From positions 3,047 through 67,046 of the forward strand of contig NZ_DAIQBT010000012.1 in assembly GCF_036781005.1 (NCBI RefSeq): a DNA stretch of 64,000 nucleotides, in the 5' to 3' direction. The translations under genes and the position numbers were made by a program. Positions within the stretch are counted from its first letter, which is position 1, and every line of letters starts with the position of its first letter. The DNA comes from Clostridium sp. Its GTDB lineage: Bacteria; Bacillota; Clostridia; Clostridiales; Clostridiaceae. Of this stretch, positions 18,553 to 28,768 are shown piece by piece. Below the pieces are notes generated by a model. It saw only the letters and a program-made list of their open reading frames with translations. It did no database searches and was not told where the DNA came from.

Positions 18553-18616
18553 AATAACACCCCTTTATATTGAGAATTTTCTCAAATTAATTATGCAACA
18601 TTTCAAATTAAATTGT

Positions 18617-20320
18617 TTAAATCAACTGGTATATAAAATGAATAATTGAAGATGACACAAAAGCAGTGATAAACATCAAACATATTAATTTTAAAGCAGT
18701 TTTATTACCAAGTTCTTTAAACATTGTAAAGAAAGATGCAATGCAGGGAGTTGAAAGAGTTAAAAATATACAGGCAATTATAAATTGATGTGCACTAAGA
18801 TTTAAGGGCACAAGCAAGGCTACTGATGCATCTTTTCTAAGAAAGTTTAAAAGCATAATTGGTGCAATTCCCGATGGAAGGCCGAGTAAAATATTTATGG
18901 GTTTTTGTATTATTTCAGTAATAAAACTTAAAATATGTAGTGTATCTAATATATTCATAGTTAAAATACCTACTCCAATCATTGGAATAACTTCTGCAAA
19001 ATAATCTACAATTCTGATTTTAAGTTTACTTGCCATAAGTTTAAGTGAAGGTATTCTACAGGCGGGAAATTCAGTAAAAAACTCTGAAGATTCCTCCTTT
19101 TTATATATCAAATTCATAAACCAATTCATCACTAAAGTTAAAGTAATTAATATGATGTAAATAAATAAAACAGTCATTACCCCATAATTCATTCCAAGTG
19201 AAACTATAATTGCACTTTGTGAAAGACAGGGTGCACTCATAAAAATTAATGTTATAGTTAAAATTTTCTCTCTTTTGTTGGTAAGACTTCTTGTTGCCAT
19301 AAATGCAGGTACTTTACAGCCCAGTCCGAGCATTACGGGTATGGATGAATATCCATGAAGACCCAGTTTGTGAAAAAATTTATCCAGTACAACAGCAAGT
19401 CTTGGCAGATATCCAAAATCTTCTAAAAAACCGAAAATAAAATAAAAAGAGAAGAAGTACGGAAAAACTGCAACTAATGCTATATAAATACCACTTGTAA
19501 GTATTCCAAAGGATTGAAGTGGATCAGAAGTATTTGTAATTAAAAGATTTTTAATAGTGAGATAAGGAATTCTATTACCTAAACTTTGAATCAAGGGATT
19601 GTACACATGGAAATAAAAGGGTTCAAATATCAATTTTATCAGGTTCTCCCCTATAAATTCAACCAATATTAGTGTAAATACAAGCACAAAAAAAGCAATT
19701 ACAATACCCCAAATTGGATGTAGTGTTAAATCACTTATGCTTTCAAGAAATGTATGATGACGATGAGATAATTTTTGTATTTTATTAATAATATTTCCAA
19801 TATAATTCCAATCAGCATTCTCTTTAATTCCTAAGTCATTTGTTCTGGCGTTCTCTAGCGAGGCCAGCAATTCTGAAATACCTTCATTTTGAAGAGCACT
19901 CACAGGAATTACAGGAATACCAAGTAAATTTTCAAATTCCCTGGTATTAATGGTGATGCCTTTATGTATAGTTTCTTCCCAGAAGTTCAGGCATATTACC
20001 ATAGGTTTATTTTTTCTTAAAAGCTGTAAAGTTAGTTTGAGATTACGTTCTAAATTTGTAGCATCAATTACATTAATAATTATATCTGCAGTGTCGATTA
20101 AATTTAATGCAATTTGATCTGTTGTGGAAGATTCTCCTAACAAATAAATACCTGGACCATCCAGTATTTCATATTCATTATTTTTATATTTAAAATGACC
20201 TGATTGCATGGCAACCGTAGTTCCACCATAATTTGCCGTAACAATTCCAATTCTTGTGATACGGGAAAAAATAAGGCTTTTACCTACATTAGGGTTTCCG
20301 GCAAGTACTACTTTTTTCAT
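18617..20320 (-). CDS. feoB: Ferrous iron transporter B
   Basis: GNPNVGKS, NYGGTTV, DGPG, DATNLERNL; membrane LEDFGYLPR, GLGC, PC motifs. Confidence 0.9.
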   Translation of the reverse strand: MKKVVLAGNPNVGKSLIFSRITRIGIVTANYGGTTVAMQSGHFKYKNNEYEILDGPGIYLLGESSTTDQIALNLIDTADIIINVIDATNLERNLKLTLQLLRKNKPMVICLNFWEETIHKGITINTREFENLLGIPVIPVSALQNEGISELLASLENARTNDLGIKENADWNYIGNIINKIQKLSHRHHTFLESISDLTLHPIWGIVIAFFVLVFTLILVEFIGENLIKLIFEPFYFHVYNPLIQSLGNRIPYLTIKNLLITNTSDPLQSFGILTSGIYIALVAVFPYFFSFYFIFGFLEDFGYLPRLAVVLDKFFHKLGLHGYSSIPVMLGLGCKVPAFMATRSLTNKREKILTITLIFMSAPCLSQSAIIVSLGMNYGVMTVLFIYIILITLTLVMNWFMNLIYKKEESSEFFTEFPACRIPSLKLMASKLKIRIVDYFAEVIPMIGVGILTMNILDTLHILSFITEIIQKPINILLGLPSGIAPIMLLNFLRKDASVALLVPLNLSAHQFIIACIFLTLSTPCIASFFTMFKELGNKTALKLICLMFITAFVSSSIIHFIYQLI

Positions 20321-20400
20321 GAAAACTTCAAAACCTCCTCATGTTGATAAACTATGTATTGTAAAGAACTTATATTCAATTTCAATAGGTAAAAATTCAA

Positions 20401-20709
20401 CTATAAATGTTCCACAAGAATTTTTTCTGCAATATTATACCCTAAGGCAAATTGCATAGCACCTTTTTCAATTATAATTGATCCCTTTGAGGGAAGAGCA
20501 CTTTTTTTAAGAATAATAGTTCCCGAAAATATTCCCATAGCATTAAGTTTATCTATTAAAATGGGATTATTTTCAAATTTTATAATTTTTGCATATTTAC
20601 CACACTCAAGGTCTGATAAATATACATAATGATTATTATCATCTATACTGTACTTAAACTGTGTAATACTTTTATTTTTTACCTGGGGTTTAAAAATATT
20701 TTTAAACAT
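20401..20709 (-). CDS. feoA: Ferrous iron transport protein A
   Basis: LSDL..G..A.I..KLNAMGI..G..FALG..AEKILV; upstream of feoB. Confidence 0.85.
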   Translation of the reverse strand: MFKNIFKPQVKNKSITQFKYSIDDNNHYVYLSDLECGKYAKIIKFENNPILIDKLNAMGIFSGTIILKKSALPSKGSIIIEKGAMQFALGYNIAEKILVEHL

Positions 20710-20751
20710 TTTTTACTCCTCATTTTGAATTTTTTAGACACGTACATAATA

Positions 20752-20780
20752 ATTGTAATCATTATCATTTTAAAAGTCAA
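20752..20780 (-). promoter_or_regulatory. sigmaA promoter of feoAB overlapped by a Fur box
   Basis: TTGACT-N17-TACAAT; TGATAATGATTACAA (20753-20767) vs consensus TGATAATnATTATCA. Confidence 0.75.
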
Positions 20781-20792
20781 TGTGTTTGTAAA

Positions 20793-20848
20793 TTTATCCG
20801 AAGGGATACCATTGGTAATACTAGCCTTTTCTTTAAAGTGGGAGATAA
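20793..20848. repeat. Family 2 intergenic element, truncated copy
   Basis: TTTATCC..CCATTG.TAATACT..TTTTCTTTA.A.TGGGAGATAA aligns with 60742-60796. Confidence 0.65.
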
Positions 20849-20863
20849 CATCTTAAAATTTCA

Positions 20864-20892
20864 TTGACAAATAAAAAATTCTAATCTATCAT
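20864..20892 (+). promoter_or_regulatory. sigmaA promoter of the T-box leader
   Basis: TTGACA-N17-TATCAT. Confidence 0.75.
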
Positions 20893-20898
20893 ATATTG

Positions 20899-21177
20899 TA
20901 AGTAAATAAACTGATGAATGAGGGTAGTATTCTAGAGTTATATGTTTTTAGAGAGCTGCAGTTTTGGTGGAATGTAGCAGCATTTATCTGGATGAATGGA
21001 CTTATGAGGGCAGTCTGAAAGGATTTTTTCCAAGTAGGCACTGACGGGAACCTTACCCGTTATAAATTAGGCGTATATTATAATGTATATGAAAAGAGTG
21101 GGTAATTTTTTACCAATTTGGGTGGTATCGCAGGAGTATAGGCTCTTGTCCCTTTTATTAGGGTCAAGAGTTTTTTT
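20899..21177 (+). ncRNA. T-box riboswitch, Trp specifier
   Basis: AGAGA and GGTGGAA stem I motifs; GAA-TGG-A specifier (TGG 20997-20999); T-box AATTTGGGTGGTATCGCAG (21115-21133); terminator CTCTTGTCCCT/AGGGTCAAGAG plus T7. Confidence 0.92.
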
Positions 21178-21211
21178 ATATACTTTTATATTCAAAGGAG
21201 GTTATAAATAA

Positions 21212-22588
21212 ATGAGTAAAATACCTTATAGAGTTTATTTGTCAGAGGAGGAAATACCGCGTAAATGGTATAACCTCAGGGCTGACATGAAAAGCCAGCA
21301 CGATCCATATATAAATCCAGCTACTATGAAACCTGCAAAGGCAGAAGACTTGTATCCCGTATTTTGTGAAGAACTTGCAAAACAGGAAATGGATAATAAA
21401 ACCAAATATGTGGATATTCCAGAGGAGATCCTGGATTTTTATAAAATTTATCGTCCATCTCCCCTTTGCAGGGCATATAATTTAGAAAAAGCTCTGGATA
21501 CCCCTGCAAAGATTTACTATAAATTTGAGGGAAACAACACCTCCGGCAGTCATAAATTAAATTCTGCTGTAGCACAGGTTTATTATGCCAAGAAACAGGG
21601 AATTACTTCTCTTACTACAGAAACTGGAGCTGGTCAATGGGGTACAGCATTATCTGAAGCCTGTGCATATTTTGAAATACCCTTAAGAGTCTATATGGTT
21701 AAAGTATCTTCCCAGCAAAAACCTTATAGGAAGGCGATTATGGAAACCTTTGGGGCAAAGGTAATTCCAAGTCCTTCAGATACAACAGAAGCTGGACGTG
21801 CTATTCTCGCCAAAAATCCTGATACAGGAGGGAGTCTTGGCTGTGCTATTTCTGAGGCTGTTGAATATGCGGTGAATACAGAAAATTGTCGTTATGTTTT
21901 AGGCTCTGTCCTTAATCAAGTTCTTCTGCATCAATCTATAATAGGTCTTGAAGCCAAGGCAGCCATGGAAAAAATCAATGTTTACCCAGATATTGTTATA
22001 GGCTGTGCAGGAGGAGGCTCTAATCTTGGAGGACTTATAGCTCCTTTTATGGAGGATAAATTGACAGGAAAAGCCAATCCCTATTTCATAGCTGTTGAAC
22101 CTGCTTCCTGTCCGTCCCTTACCAGGGGAAAATATGCCTATGATTTTTGTGATACAGGTAAAATTACTCCTCTTGCAAAGATGTATACACTAGGATGTGA
22201 ATTTATTCCTTCTGCCAATCATGCAGGTGGATTGCGTTATCATGGAATGAGTCCAATTATTTCAAAGCTTTATCATGATGGATATATTGATGAAGCACGT
22301 GCTTTGGAGCAGACCAAAATATTTGATGCTGCTGTATTGTTTGCAAAATATGAAACAATATTGCCTGCTCCAGAATCTTCACACGCCATTTCTGCAGCAA
22401 TTGATGAGGCACTTAAATGTAAAGAAACAGGGGAAGAGAAGACAATTCTATTTGGACTTACTGGAACTGGATATTTTGATATGCAGGCATATATACAATA
22501 TAATGAAAATAAAATGTCTGATTATATTCCTAATGATGAGGAGCTTCAAAAAGGATTTGAGACTTTACCTACTATTCCATCATTGTAA
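21212..22588 (+). CDS. trpB2: Tryptophan synthase beta chain 2 (stand-alone TrpB-like PLP enzyme)
   Basis: SGSHKLN (PLP Lys), TETGAGQWG, GGGSN, GGLRYHG, PAPESSHA; long N-terminus IPRKWYN; Trp T-box. Confidence 0.92.
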   Translation: MSKIPYRVYLSEEEIPRKWYNLRADMKSQHDPYINPATMKPAKAEDLYPVFCEELAKQEMDNKTKYVDIPEEILDFYKIYRPSPLCRAYNLEKALDTPAKIYYKFEGNNTSGSHKLNSAVAQVYYAKKQGITSLTTETGAGQWGTALSEACAYFEIPLRVYMVKVSSQQKPYRKAIMETFGAKVIPSPSDTTEAGRAILAKNPDTGGSLGCAISEAVEYAVNTENCRYVLGSVLNQVLLHQSIIGLEAKAAMEKINVYPDIVIGCAGGGSNLGGLIAPFMEDKLTGKANPYFIAVEPASCPSLTRGKYAYDFCDTGKITPLAKMYTLGCEFIPSANHAGGLRYHGMSPIISKLYHDGYIDEARALEQTKIFDAAVLFAKYETILPAPESSHAISAAIDEALKCKETGEEKTILFGLTGTGYFDMQAYIQYNENKMSDYIPNDEELQKGFETLPTIPSL

Positions 22589-22595
22589 TTAATAT

Positions 22596-22639
22596 AAAAA
22601 CACATGGACATCACACTATATCAATCCATGTGTTTTTTT
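22596..22639. terminator. Bidirectional terminator
   Basis: AAAAACACATGGA / TCCATGTGTTTTT between convergent genes. Confidence 0.75.
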
Positions 22640-22640
22640 C

Positions 22641-24710
22641 TTAAGAAATTTTAAATTTTGATATAATTTCATTAAGTTTTGCAGTACTTTTTTTCAAATG
22701 ATGAACTTCTCCATAAACTTTATCTGATTTTTGTAATAGAATAGTTAGTTTTTGTACTATATCTTCCGTATTTTTTGATCCTGTAGAAGAAGCTTGAGAC
22801 ACCTTGTCTATTTCTTCAAACATATTCTGTATGGATAGGAGCATATTTTTGTTAGTTTCGCTAAAATTACTTATCATATTATTTATGGACCTGGCATCTT
22901 CGGTGTATTGATTCATTATTTCAAGTATTAATTCATAGTCTTTGCCGATATCATTTTCTATAAAAGTTAGCATTTCATTTGAGTTTTCAGATAAGTCCCT
23001 TACTGAGGTAATTACATTTTTAACTATGCTTTGCATTTCAGTAATGGTGTTTTTGGAACTATCGGCTAGTTTTCCTATTTCTCCTGCAACTACGTTAAAG
23101 CCTTTACCTTCTTCACCTGCTCTGGCTGCTTCTATGTTGGCGTTTAGGGCAAGCAAGTTTGTCTCTGATGCAATTTCTAATATAGCTCCAGACAGATTAG
23201 AAATTTCATTTACTTTCTCTGCTTTTGCGAGAGACTTTTCAAGGGTTTCTTTTGTGGATTTTAATGTATTAAATATTTTATCATGTGATTTTATAAAGTT
23301 TTCCAGTGTGTTTTCAGCAGTTGTACTGATCTGATTGGCAGATACAGATATTGACTGAGAATTGTCAGCAATATTTTTAATTGAATTTTCCATGTTAGAG
23401 GAGGAAGCACTCATTTCATCTGTAGATGCTGCCGTATTATTCATTCCTATTGACAAATCCTTTGTTACAGAAGATAGATTTTCTATCATTTCATTGAGTT
23501 CAGAGACTATATGTGTAAATGTCTGAACTGATCTATCCATATTTTTAGCCTCTTCAATTAGATTCTGTATTATTTCTGAAAAGGTTATTTTGATCTTATT
23601 AAAGCTTACAGCTAAATTGCCTATTTCATCTTTCCTTTTTGTATGAGATTCTTTTAGTGAAAATATAAAGTTCCCATTTGCCATTTGTTCACATATGCCT
23701 GTAAGATAATTGATGGGATTTGATATATTTCTTGCGATTAAGTATCCTATAATTATACTTAAAATTAAAAAAACAATTGATACAGCAATACATTTCATTT
23801 TTAAAGAAGAAAGGCCTGATAATACCTCGCTTTTAGTCACTTCAATGGCCATTGACCATCCCAGTTTTCCAATAGGACCATATATTATAAATCTTTCCAC
23901 ACCATTAAATGTATGGTTTCCAAAACCACTTTTCCCATTTGTCATTTGTTTTATCAAATCGGGCATATTAAGGAAATCTGAATCTTTATCGATTATATTT
24001 GCTGTGGCAGAGGTTGTAGTATCTGTATTTTTTTTATTGCTGTCAGTTTCGGTGGACTCTTTAATATGTATGCTTCTTTTTGCTATTTCAATATTTGAGT
24101 GGCCGATGGTTTCTCCTTGTCTGTTAAGTATAATGATATCTCCTGATTTTCCGTATTTTATATTTTTGACAAAGTTGCTTAACTCATATCCCTCTCTTAC
24201 TGAAATCAGTACACCGGTTATGATATCATTTGTTTTTATTGGAACAGCATATATCATTACAGGGGAATTTTCTTTATTTATTTTAATGGGATCTGTAATG
24301 ACATTTTCACCCTTAATGGCTTTTTTAAAGTAATCGGTATTTTTCACATCTTCAGTTTCGCCATTAGTATATACAGCAGTTCCCTGACTGTTTACTATGG
24401 CCATTTTTAGGCTTCCTAGGGATTTTGTTTCTTTGGACAATATTTCTTTTATACCTTGTGTATCGTTGATATTATTAGCTGCAGTAGATAGATTTTCACT
24501 GGATGCCAGTATGTTTAGTGTGTTAATTTGATTCACTGCAAATTGATTGATATTTTCTGTTGCCTGGGTGACAAAGTTTGGCATTGTCTGTCTTACATCT
24601 TGTATTAATATATTTTTAGACGAATTATATAATTCTATGGCTAGGCCTGTACAAACTACTATAGACAGTAAGCTGATTAATATAATAATTCTACTTTTTA
24701 TACTTTTCAT
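22641..24710 (-). CDS. Methyl-accepting chemotaxis protein with dCache sensor and HAMP
   Basis: TM-dCache (DYFKKA, YAVPI, GWSMAI)-TM-HAMP; hairpin [33 protein letters not shown] after GGAGGAG. Confidence 0.93.
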   Translation of the reverse strand: MKSIKSRIIILISLLSIVVCTGLAIELYNSSKNILIQDVRQTMPNFVTQATENINQFAVNQINTLNILASSENLSTAANNINDTQGIKEILSKETKSLGSLKMAIVNSQGTAVYTNGETEDVKNTDYFKKAIKGENVITDPIKINKENSPVMIYAVPIKTNDIITGVLISVREGYELSNFVKNIKYGKSGDIIILNRQGETIGHSNIEIAKRSIHIKESTETDSNKKNTDTTTSATANIIDKDSDFLNMPDLIKQMTNGKSGFGNHTFNGVERFIIYGPIGKLGWSMAIEVTKSEVLSGLSSLKMKCIAVSIVFLILSIIIGYLIARNISNPINYLTGICEQMANGNFIFSLKESHTKRKDEIGNLAVSFNKIKITFSEIIQNLIEEAKNMDRSVQTFTHIVSELNEMIENLSSVTKDLSIGMNNTAASTDEMSASSSNMENSIKNIADNSQSISVSANQISTTAENTLENFIKSHDKIFNTLKSTKETLEKSLAKAEKVNEISNLSGAILEIASETNLLALNANIEAARAGEEGKGFNVVAGEIGKLADSSKNTITEMQSIVKNVITSVRDLSENSNEMLTFIENDIGKDYELILEIMNQYTEDARSINNMISNFSETNKNMLLSIQNMFEEIDKVSQASSTGSKNTEDIVQKLTILLQKSDKVYGEVHHLKKSTAKLNEIISKFKIS

Positions 24711-24763
24711 AATATTCTCCTCCATAGATGTAGATAATGGTTATTATAGTTAATGTTAGCTAT

Positions 24764-24813
24764 AATATACTAAACCTAATACTATTATACAGTAGTATTA
24801 GGTTTAGTATATT
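24764..24813. promoter_or_regulatory. Perfect 21-bp inverted repeat upstream of the MCP (terminator or operator)
   Basis: AATATACTAAACCTAATACTA-N8-TAGTATTAGGTTTAGTATATT. Confidence 0.55.
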
Positions 24814-24837
24814 TAAAAAAGAAAAAATTCTATTTAA

Positions 24838-25110
24838 TCACTTAAAATACAGCATACAATAACTGTTATTGGCTAGATAACCTAGAACTAAACATATGGA
24901 ACCGCTGATATAAGCCAGGATTAAAGTAGTGGCCATAGTTCCCATAGTATCCCTGCCTACAACCATTCCCGCTTTCATAAGCCTTCCGGTATTGATTTTG
25001 GGGTGTGCTTCTTTTATTTCAGTCATGGTTGAGCGATTTATTCCTCCTATCATTACCAAAGATACAATAGTTATGGCAATGCAGACAAAGATGCAATGGT
25101 TATATTTGGC
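24838..25110 (-). pseudogene. YibE/F-family remnant with internal deletion
   Basis: ..CIAITIVSLVMIGGINR|STMTEIKEAHP..GMVVGRDTMGTMATTLILAY: two non-adjacent YibE/F segments joined; no N-terminus. Confidence 0.65.
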
Positions 25111-25111
25111 T

Positions 25112-26044
25112 CTATTTTAAACTAGTATAAATTGTCTCTAAATTGTTTTTCATACTTTCAATATAATCTTTGTTATCTTCTTTACTTTCAAGAGTATATA
25201 TTTTTTCAACTTTGGCACCTATTTCATTGGCCAGGGTGGTAGATACTTTAGTACTTACCATGTCTTCCATGAATATAGTTGTTATTTTATTTTGTTTGCA
25301 GTAATCTACCAGTTCTTTTAATTTTTTTGTAGAAGGTTCTCCTTCTGCAAATACATTTTCTACACTATTTTGATTTAAGTCATAATCTCTACAGAGGTAT
25401 GCAAAGGCAGCATGGCCAGTTACAAAATTTTTATTTTTAACGGTTTTGAATTTTTGGGTATATTCATTATAGAGAGAATTTAGTTGCTTTGAAAATTCAC
25501 TATAATTTTTTTCATAGAATTCTTTATTTGAAGGGTCTACTTTAACTAGAGCATCTTTAATATTTTTGGACTCAACTTCCGCACCTTTTAGACTAATCCA
25601 AAGATGGGGATCGTATTGTCCGTGTTCTTTTATTTCTTCAGTGTCAGTATTTTTAATGGGATTTGATCCCTTTGAGGCATTTACTACAACTAGATTTTTA
25701 TTGTCAATGGATTTTAAAACCTTATCTGTCCAGGATTCCATACCCAGTCCGTTGTATATAAATATGCTGGCACTGCTTAAATCTTTCAGGCTTTCTGTAG
25801 TTGGTTCAAAATCATGAGGTTCGGTACCGTTAGGTATTATTGTGGTAATGGCAATTTTATCTTTTCCAATAGCTGAAGCAAATTCTTTCATGGCATTAAA
25901 GGATACTACCACCTTTATTTTGGATTGAGATGTTGTATTAGCAGTTTCAGTTGATTTGCTATTGCAGCCAGTGAAAATAAACATGAAAGAACTAATTAGA
26001 AAAGAGCATAATACTATCTTACATATGTTGTATTTTTTAAACAC
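25112..26044 (-). CDS. znuA: Zinc ABC transporter substrate-binding lipoprotein (ZnuA/AdcA family)
   Basis: Lipobox FTGC; EPHDFEP, DPHLWIS, HAAFAYL; GTG after AGGAGG; Zur-like box upstream. Confidence 0.85.
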   Translation of the reverse strand: MFKKYNICKIVLCSFLISSFMFIFTGCNSKSTETANTTSQSKIKVVVSFNAMKEFASAIGKDKIAITTIIPNGTEPHDFEPTTESLKDLSSASIFIYNGLGMESWTDKVLKSIDNKNLVVVNASKGSNPIKNTDTEEIKEHGQYDPHLWISLKGAEVESKNIKDALVKVDPSNKEFYEKNYSEFSKQLNSLYNEYTQKFKTVKNKNFVTGHAAFAYLCRDYDLNQNSVENVFAEGEPSTKKLKELVDYCKQNKITTIFMEDMVSTKVSTTLANEIGAKVEKIYTLESKEDNKDYIESMKNNLETIYTSLK

Positions 26045-26066
26045 TTGTATTCCTCCTGAAAAAATA

Positions 26067-26099
26067 ATATTTAAATGCAAGTGATTTGCATTTAAATAT
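26067..26099. promoter_or_regulatory. Zur-like operator
   Basis: ATATTTAAATGCAA-GTGAT-TTGCATTTAAATAT, perfect 14-bp arms directly upstream of znuA. Confidence 0.75.
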
Positions 26100-26193
26100 A
26101 TAATACTTGATAAAAAAGATATTGTCAATTATATGAAGTCTTACTATAAATTGAGGATCAATACCATGATAGCTACTTTTAAAATTAAGATCC

Positions 26194-26925
26194 TTATATA
26201 TCCTTTTTATTGAATTCATACATGCCTAAAGTAGCAAAAATAACAAATAAGGCAAGAGATATTATATATATATAACTTGGGCATCCAAAATCTAAATTTG
26301 AACCGTTTAAAAGTACCCTTCCAGGGTAAGTCCAGGGAAATAGTATCCAGTATTTTGTATTGTTTATAAGTACTGATGGAAGGGAAAATACCACTCCTAT
26401 TCCTAAAGGAACTGCTATGTTTTGAAATTTCATAGTTAAATAGTATTGAATTGATATAACAGGAAGGGAGGCGGCAAAACACAGCAGAGGAGAATAAATA
26501 ATTCCTTTTGGCATACTTTCACTTACGGGTGCTGCAATTACTCCAGCTGCAATTACAAGTAGGGTAAAAATAAAAAGATTTAAAAGTACCATACCGCATG
26601 CCACCAGTAGTTTTGATACATATATATGACTTCTTTTTACAGGTAATGCAAGTATCCTTTTGAAATTATCTTCACTGTTTTCTATTCTAACTAAAACCCC
26701 AACCAAAATAGTAATGAATAAAGCTATAATAAATAGACCGTAAAATATAGAGCTTTGAGTGTATATCTGATTCCATATGTTCTGTCCTTTTGAGGTAAAA
26801 AGCTCTCTGTATCTTATAAAATTTCCAAAACCAAGGACTACAAAGAATAAAGGTAAAAACATAACTATACCTAGTATTTTTGAATGTTTTAATTTTAATA
26901 GTTCTGTCTTATATATATTTTTCAT
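26194..26925 (-). CDS. Lantibiotic-immunity-type ABC permease (LanE/G-like)
   Basis: ELLKLKHS, E..FKRILALPVKR..SKL, FPWTYP; 6 TM. Confidence 0.8.
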   Translation of the reverse strand: MKNIYKTELLKLKHSKILGIVMFLPLFFVVLGFGNFIRYRELFTSKGQNIWNQIYTQSSIFYGLFIIALFITILVGVLVRIENSEDNFKRILALPVKRSHIYVSKLLVACGMVLLNLFIFTLLVIAAGVIAAPVSESMPKGIIYSPLLCFAASLPVISIQYYLTMKFQNIAVPLGIGVVFSLPSVLINNTKYWILFPWTYPGRVLLNGSNLDFGCPSYIYIISLALFVIFATLGMYEFNKKDI

Positions 26926-26937
26926 TTTATACACCAC

Positions 26938-27699
26938 CTATTTAATATCCCTTTTATTAAATTCTAAGACCCCTATGATAAGCCATAATATACCGGAGAC
27001 TGTTCCAAAAATGGCAGCAGTATAGGCATCATTCATATCCCCTAGAGGAAGTGCCCTTAAAACGCAGGAAAATGGATTTATATTTCCAAGAATCTTACTT
27101 TGTGCAAGCATATATGAGCCTATAGTACCTGCAAATCCTATGGCTGCGGCAATTAAAGAATTTTTAATATAACAGCTTATAAATTGCTGAAAACTCACCA
27201 CTCCAAAGGCTGCAGCTATTTCTAAGAGTACATATTTAAAAATAGGTGAAGGGCTTCCCTCAATTTCAAAGAACTTCTTTATAAGCATTACAAAGACTCC
27301 ATTTAAAACTATTAAAATAACTGAGGCCGCAAATACTATAATCCATTTGGAGAGATAAATCTTTATCCTTTTTACAGGTCTTGCAACTATTTGTTTCCAG
27401 GTATTTTCGCTGTATTCCATGTGATTTACAATAAAAGCTATTACCACGATGGATAAGTTTAATAGTATAAACCAAAGTGTAGATAAATGATTTTCACAAA
27501 GTAAGGCATCTACTTTATTATAAATTCCAATTTCAGCTGCTTTTTTTAGCCGGCTGCTTTCCATTAAGTAATCATATCTCAGGTGAAGATCTGTAAATAA
27601 AAGAATAAACGAAAATACCGGAATGAAAAATACCCCTTTCCACAATAAGGATTTTCTATACTTCATAAGTTCAGATTTTAAGACATATATAAAACTCAT
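26938..27699 (-). CDS. Lantibiotic-immunity-type ABC permease (LanE/G-like)
   Basis: SELMKYRKS, EYSENTWKQIVARPVKR..SKW; 6 TM. Confidence 0.8.
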   Translation of the reverse strand: MSFIYVLKSELMKYRKSLLWKGVFFIPVFSFILLFTDLHLRYDYLMESSRLKKAAEIGIYNKVDALLCENHLSTLWFILLNLSIVVIAFIVNHMEYSENTWKQIVARPVKRIKIYLSKWIIVFAASVILIVLNGVFVMLIKKFFEIEGSPSPIFKYVLLEIAAAFGVVSFQQFISCYIKNSLIAAAIGFAGTIGSYMLAQSKILGNINPFSCVLRALPLGDMNDAYTAAIFGTVSGILWLIIGVLEFNKRDIK

Positions 27700-28607
27700 A
27701 TATTTTTTCTCCCTTCTGTAAGATGGAGAAATATTTCTTCTAAGGATTTTTGTACCTCTACAAATTTAAATACTTTATTGTCATTTAATATGAGCTGTTT
27801 TAAAATTTCATAAGGTTCCATTGCTCCGGGCCTTATAAGAATATGATTATCTTTTATTTGGCATTTATAGCCTAGGTTAGTTAATGTATGGGCTGCTTTT
27901 TTTAAATCTTTCACTCCTATACAGATTTCACCTTTACTTTTTGAGTGAAGTTCTTCAAGGGTACCCTGAAACAACATATTTCCCCTGTTTATAATTCCTA
28001 TATCATCTGCTGTAAGCTCAATTTCACTTAAGTTATGGCTGGATATAATTACTGTCATATTATAAATTTTAGGAAGGGTCTTTATAAGTTCTCTTATTTC
28101 ATGAATTCCAGAGGGGTCAAGTCCATTGGTAGGCTCATCCAATATTAAAAGTTCAGGCTTTGATATAAGAGCCTGGGCTATTCCAAGTCTTTGTTTCATT
28201 CCAAGGGAAAATTTTTTGCACTGTCTATCCTTCCATTCAGTAAGTTTTACAAAATCTAAAACTTCATCAATATATTTATAGTCAAGTTCCAAAAGTTTTG
28301 CTGTTATTTCCAGGTTTTCATAGGCTGTTAAGTTTCCATAATATGAGGGAGATTCAACCAGAGAACCGATGTTTTTTAAAATGCTCATTCTATGCTGCCT
28401 TAAATTTTTATTAAATATCTTGATCTGTCCTCTGGTAGGAGTCATAAGGGCCAGAAGCATTCTTATGGTGGTAGATTTCCCGGCACCATTTGGCCCTAAA
28501 AACCCATATACTCGTCCTCTTTTTACTGTAAGATTTAAATTATTTACTGCCTTGAAGCCTTTAAATTCCTTGGTCAAGTTTTTAGTTTCTATAATTTTTT
28601 CACACAT
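27696..28607 (-). CDS. ABC ATPase, LanF/BcrA-like
   Basis: GPNGAGKS, LVESPSYY (E-loop), FSLGMKQRLGIA, LDEPTNGLDP, SSHNL. Confidence 0.9.
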   Translation of the reverse strand: MCEKIIETKNLTKEFKGFKAVNNLNLTVKRGRVYGFLGPNGAGKSTTIRMLLALMTPTRGQIKIFNKNLRQHRMSILKNIGSLVESPSYYGNLTAYENLEITAKLLELDYKYIDEVLDFVKLTEWKDRQCKKFSLGMKQRLGIAQALISKPELLILDEPTNGLDPSGIHEIRELIKTLPKIYNMTVIISSHNLSEIELTADDIGIINRGNMLFQGTLEELHSKSKGEICIGVKDLKKAAHTLTNLGYKCQIKDNHILIRPGAMEPYEILKQLILNDNKVFKFVEVQKSLEEIFLHLTEGRKNI

Positions 28608-28637
28608 TATTTTTCTCCTCCAATTTATTGTGATTTT

Positions 28638-28692
28638 ATCATAAGGGGTGAATCTTAAATTTTGTTTATGGGAACCTTATAAGAACCTTAAA
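28638..28692 (-). promoter_or_regulatory. Phased 11-bp direct repeats (OmpR-type sites) and -10 of the ABC operon
   Basis: Minus strand TTTAAGGTTCT TATAAGGTTCC CATAAACAAAA TTTAAGATTCA, then TATGAT. Confidence 0.6.
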
Positions 28693-28768
28693 ATTTTACT
28701 TTGAGAATTTAAAGTATTAAATAATGTTATAATTGAAGCAAATAATATTTCTGTTTTGGAGGATTGTT

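Noticed and set aside
18570..18585. Fur-like palindrome TTGAGAATTTTCTCAA upstream of the ydcF-like gene
   Set aside because: Half-site spacing does not fit the 7-1-7 Fur box and no promoter could be assigned
23710..24333. 207-aa antisense ORF and the other antisense/alternate-frame ORFs in the track
   Set aside because: Shadows of well-supported genes, no RBS or recognisable motifs
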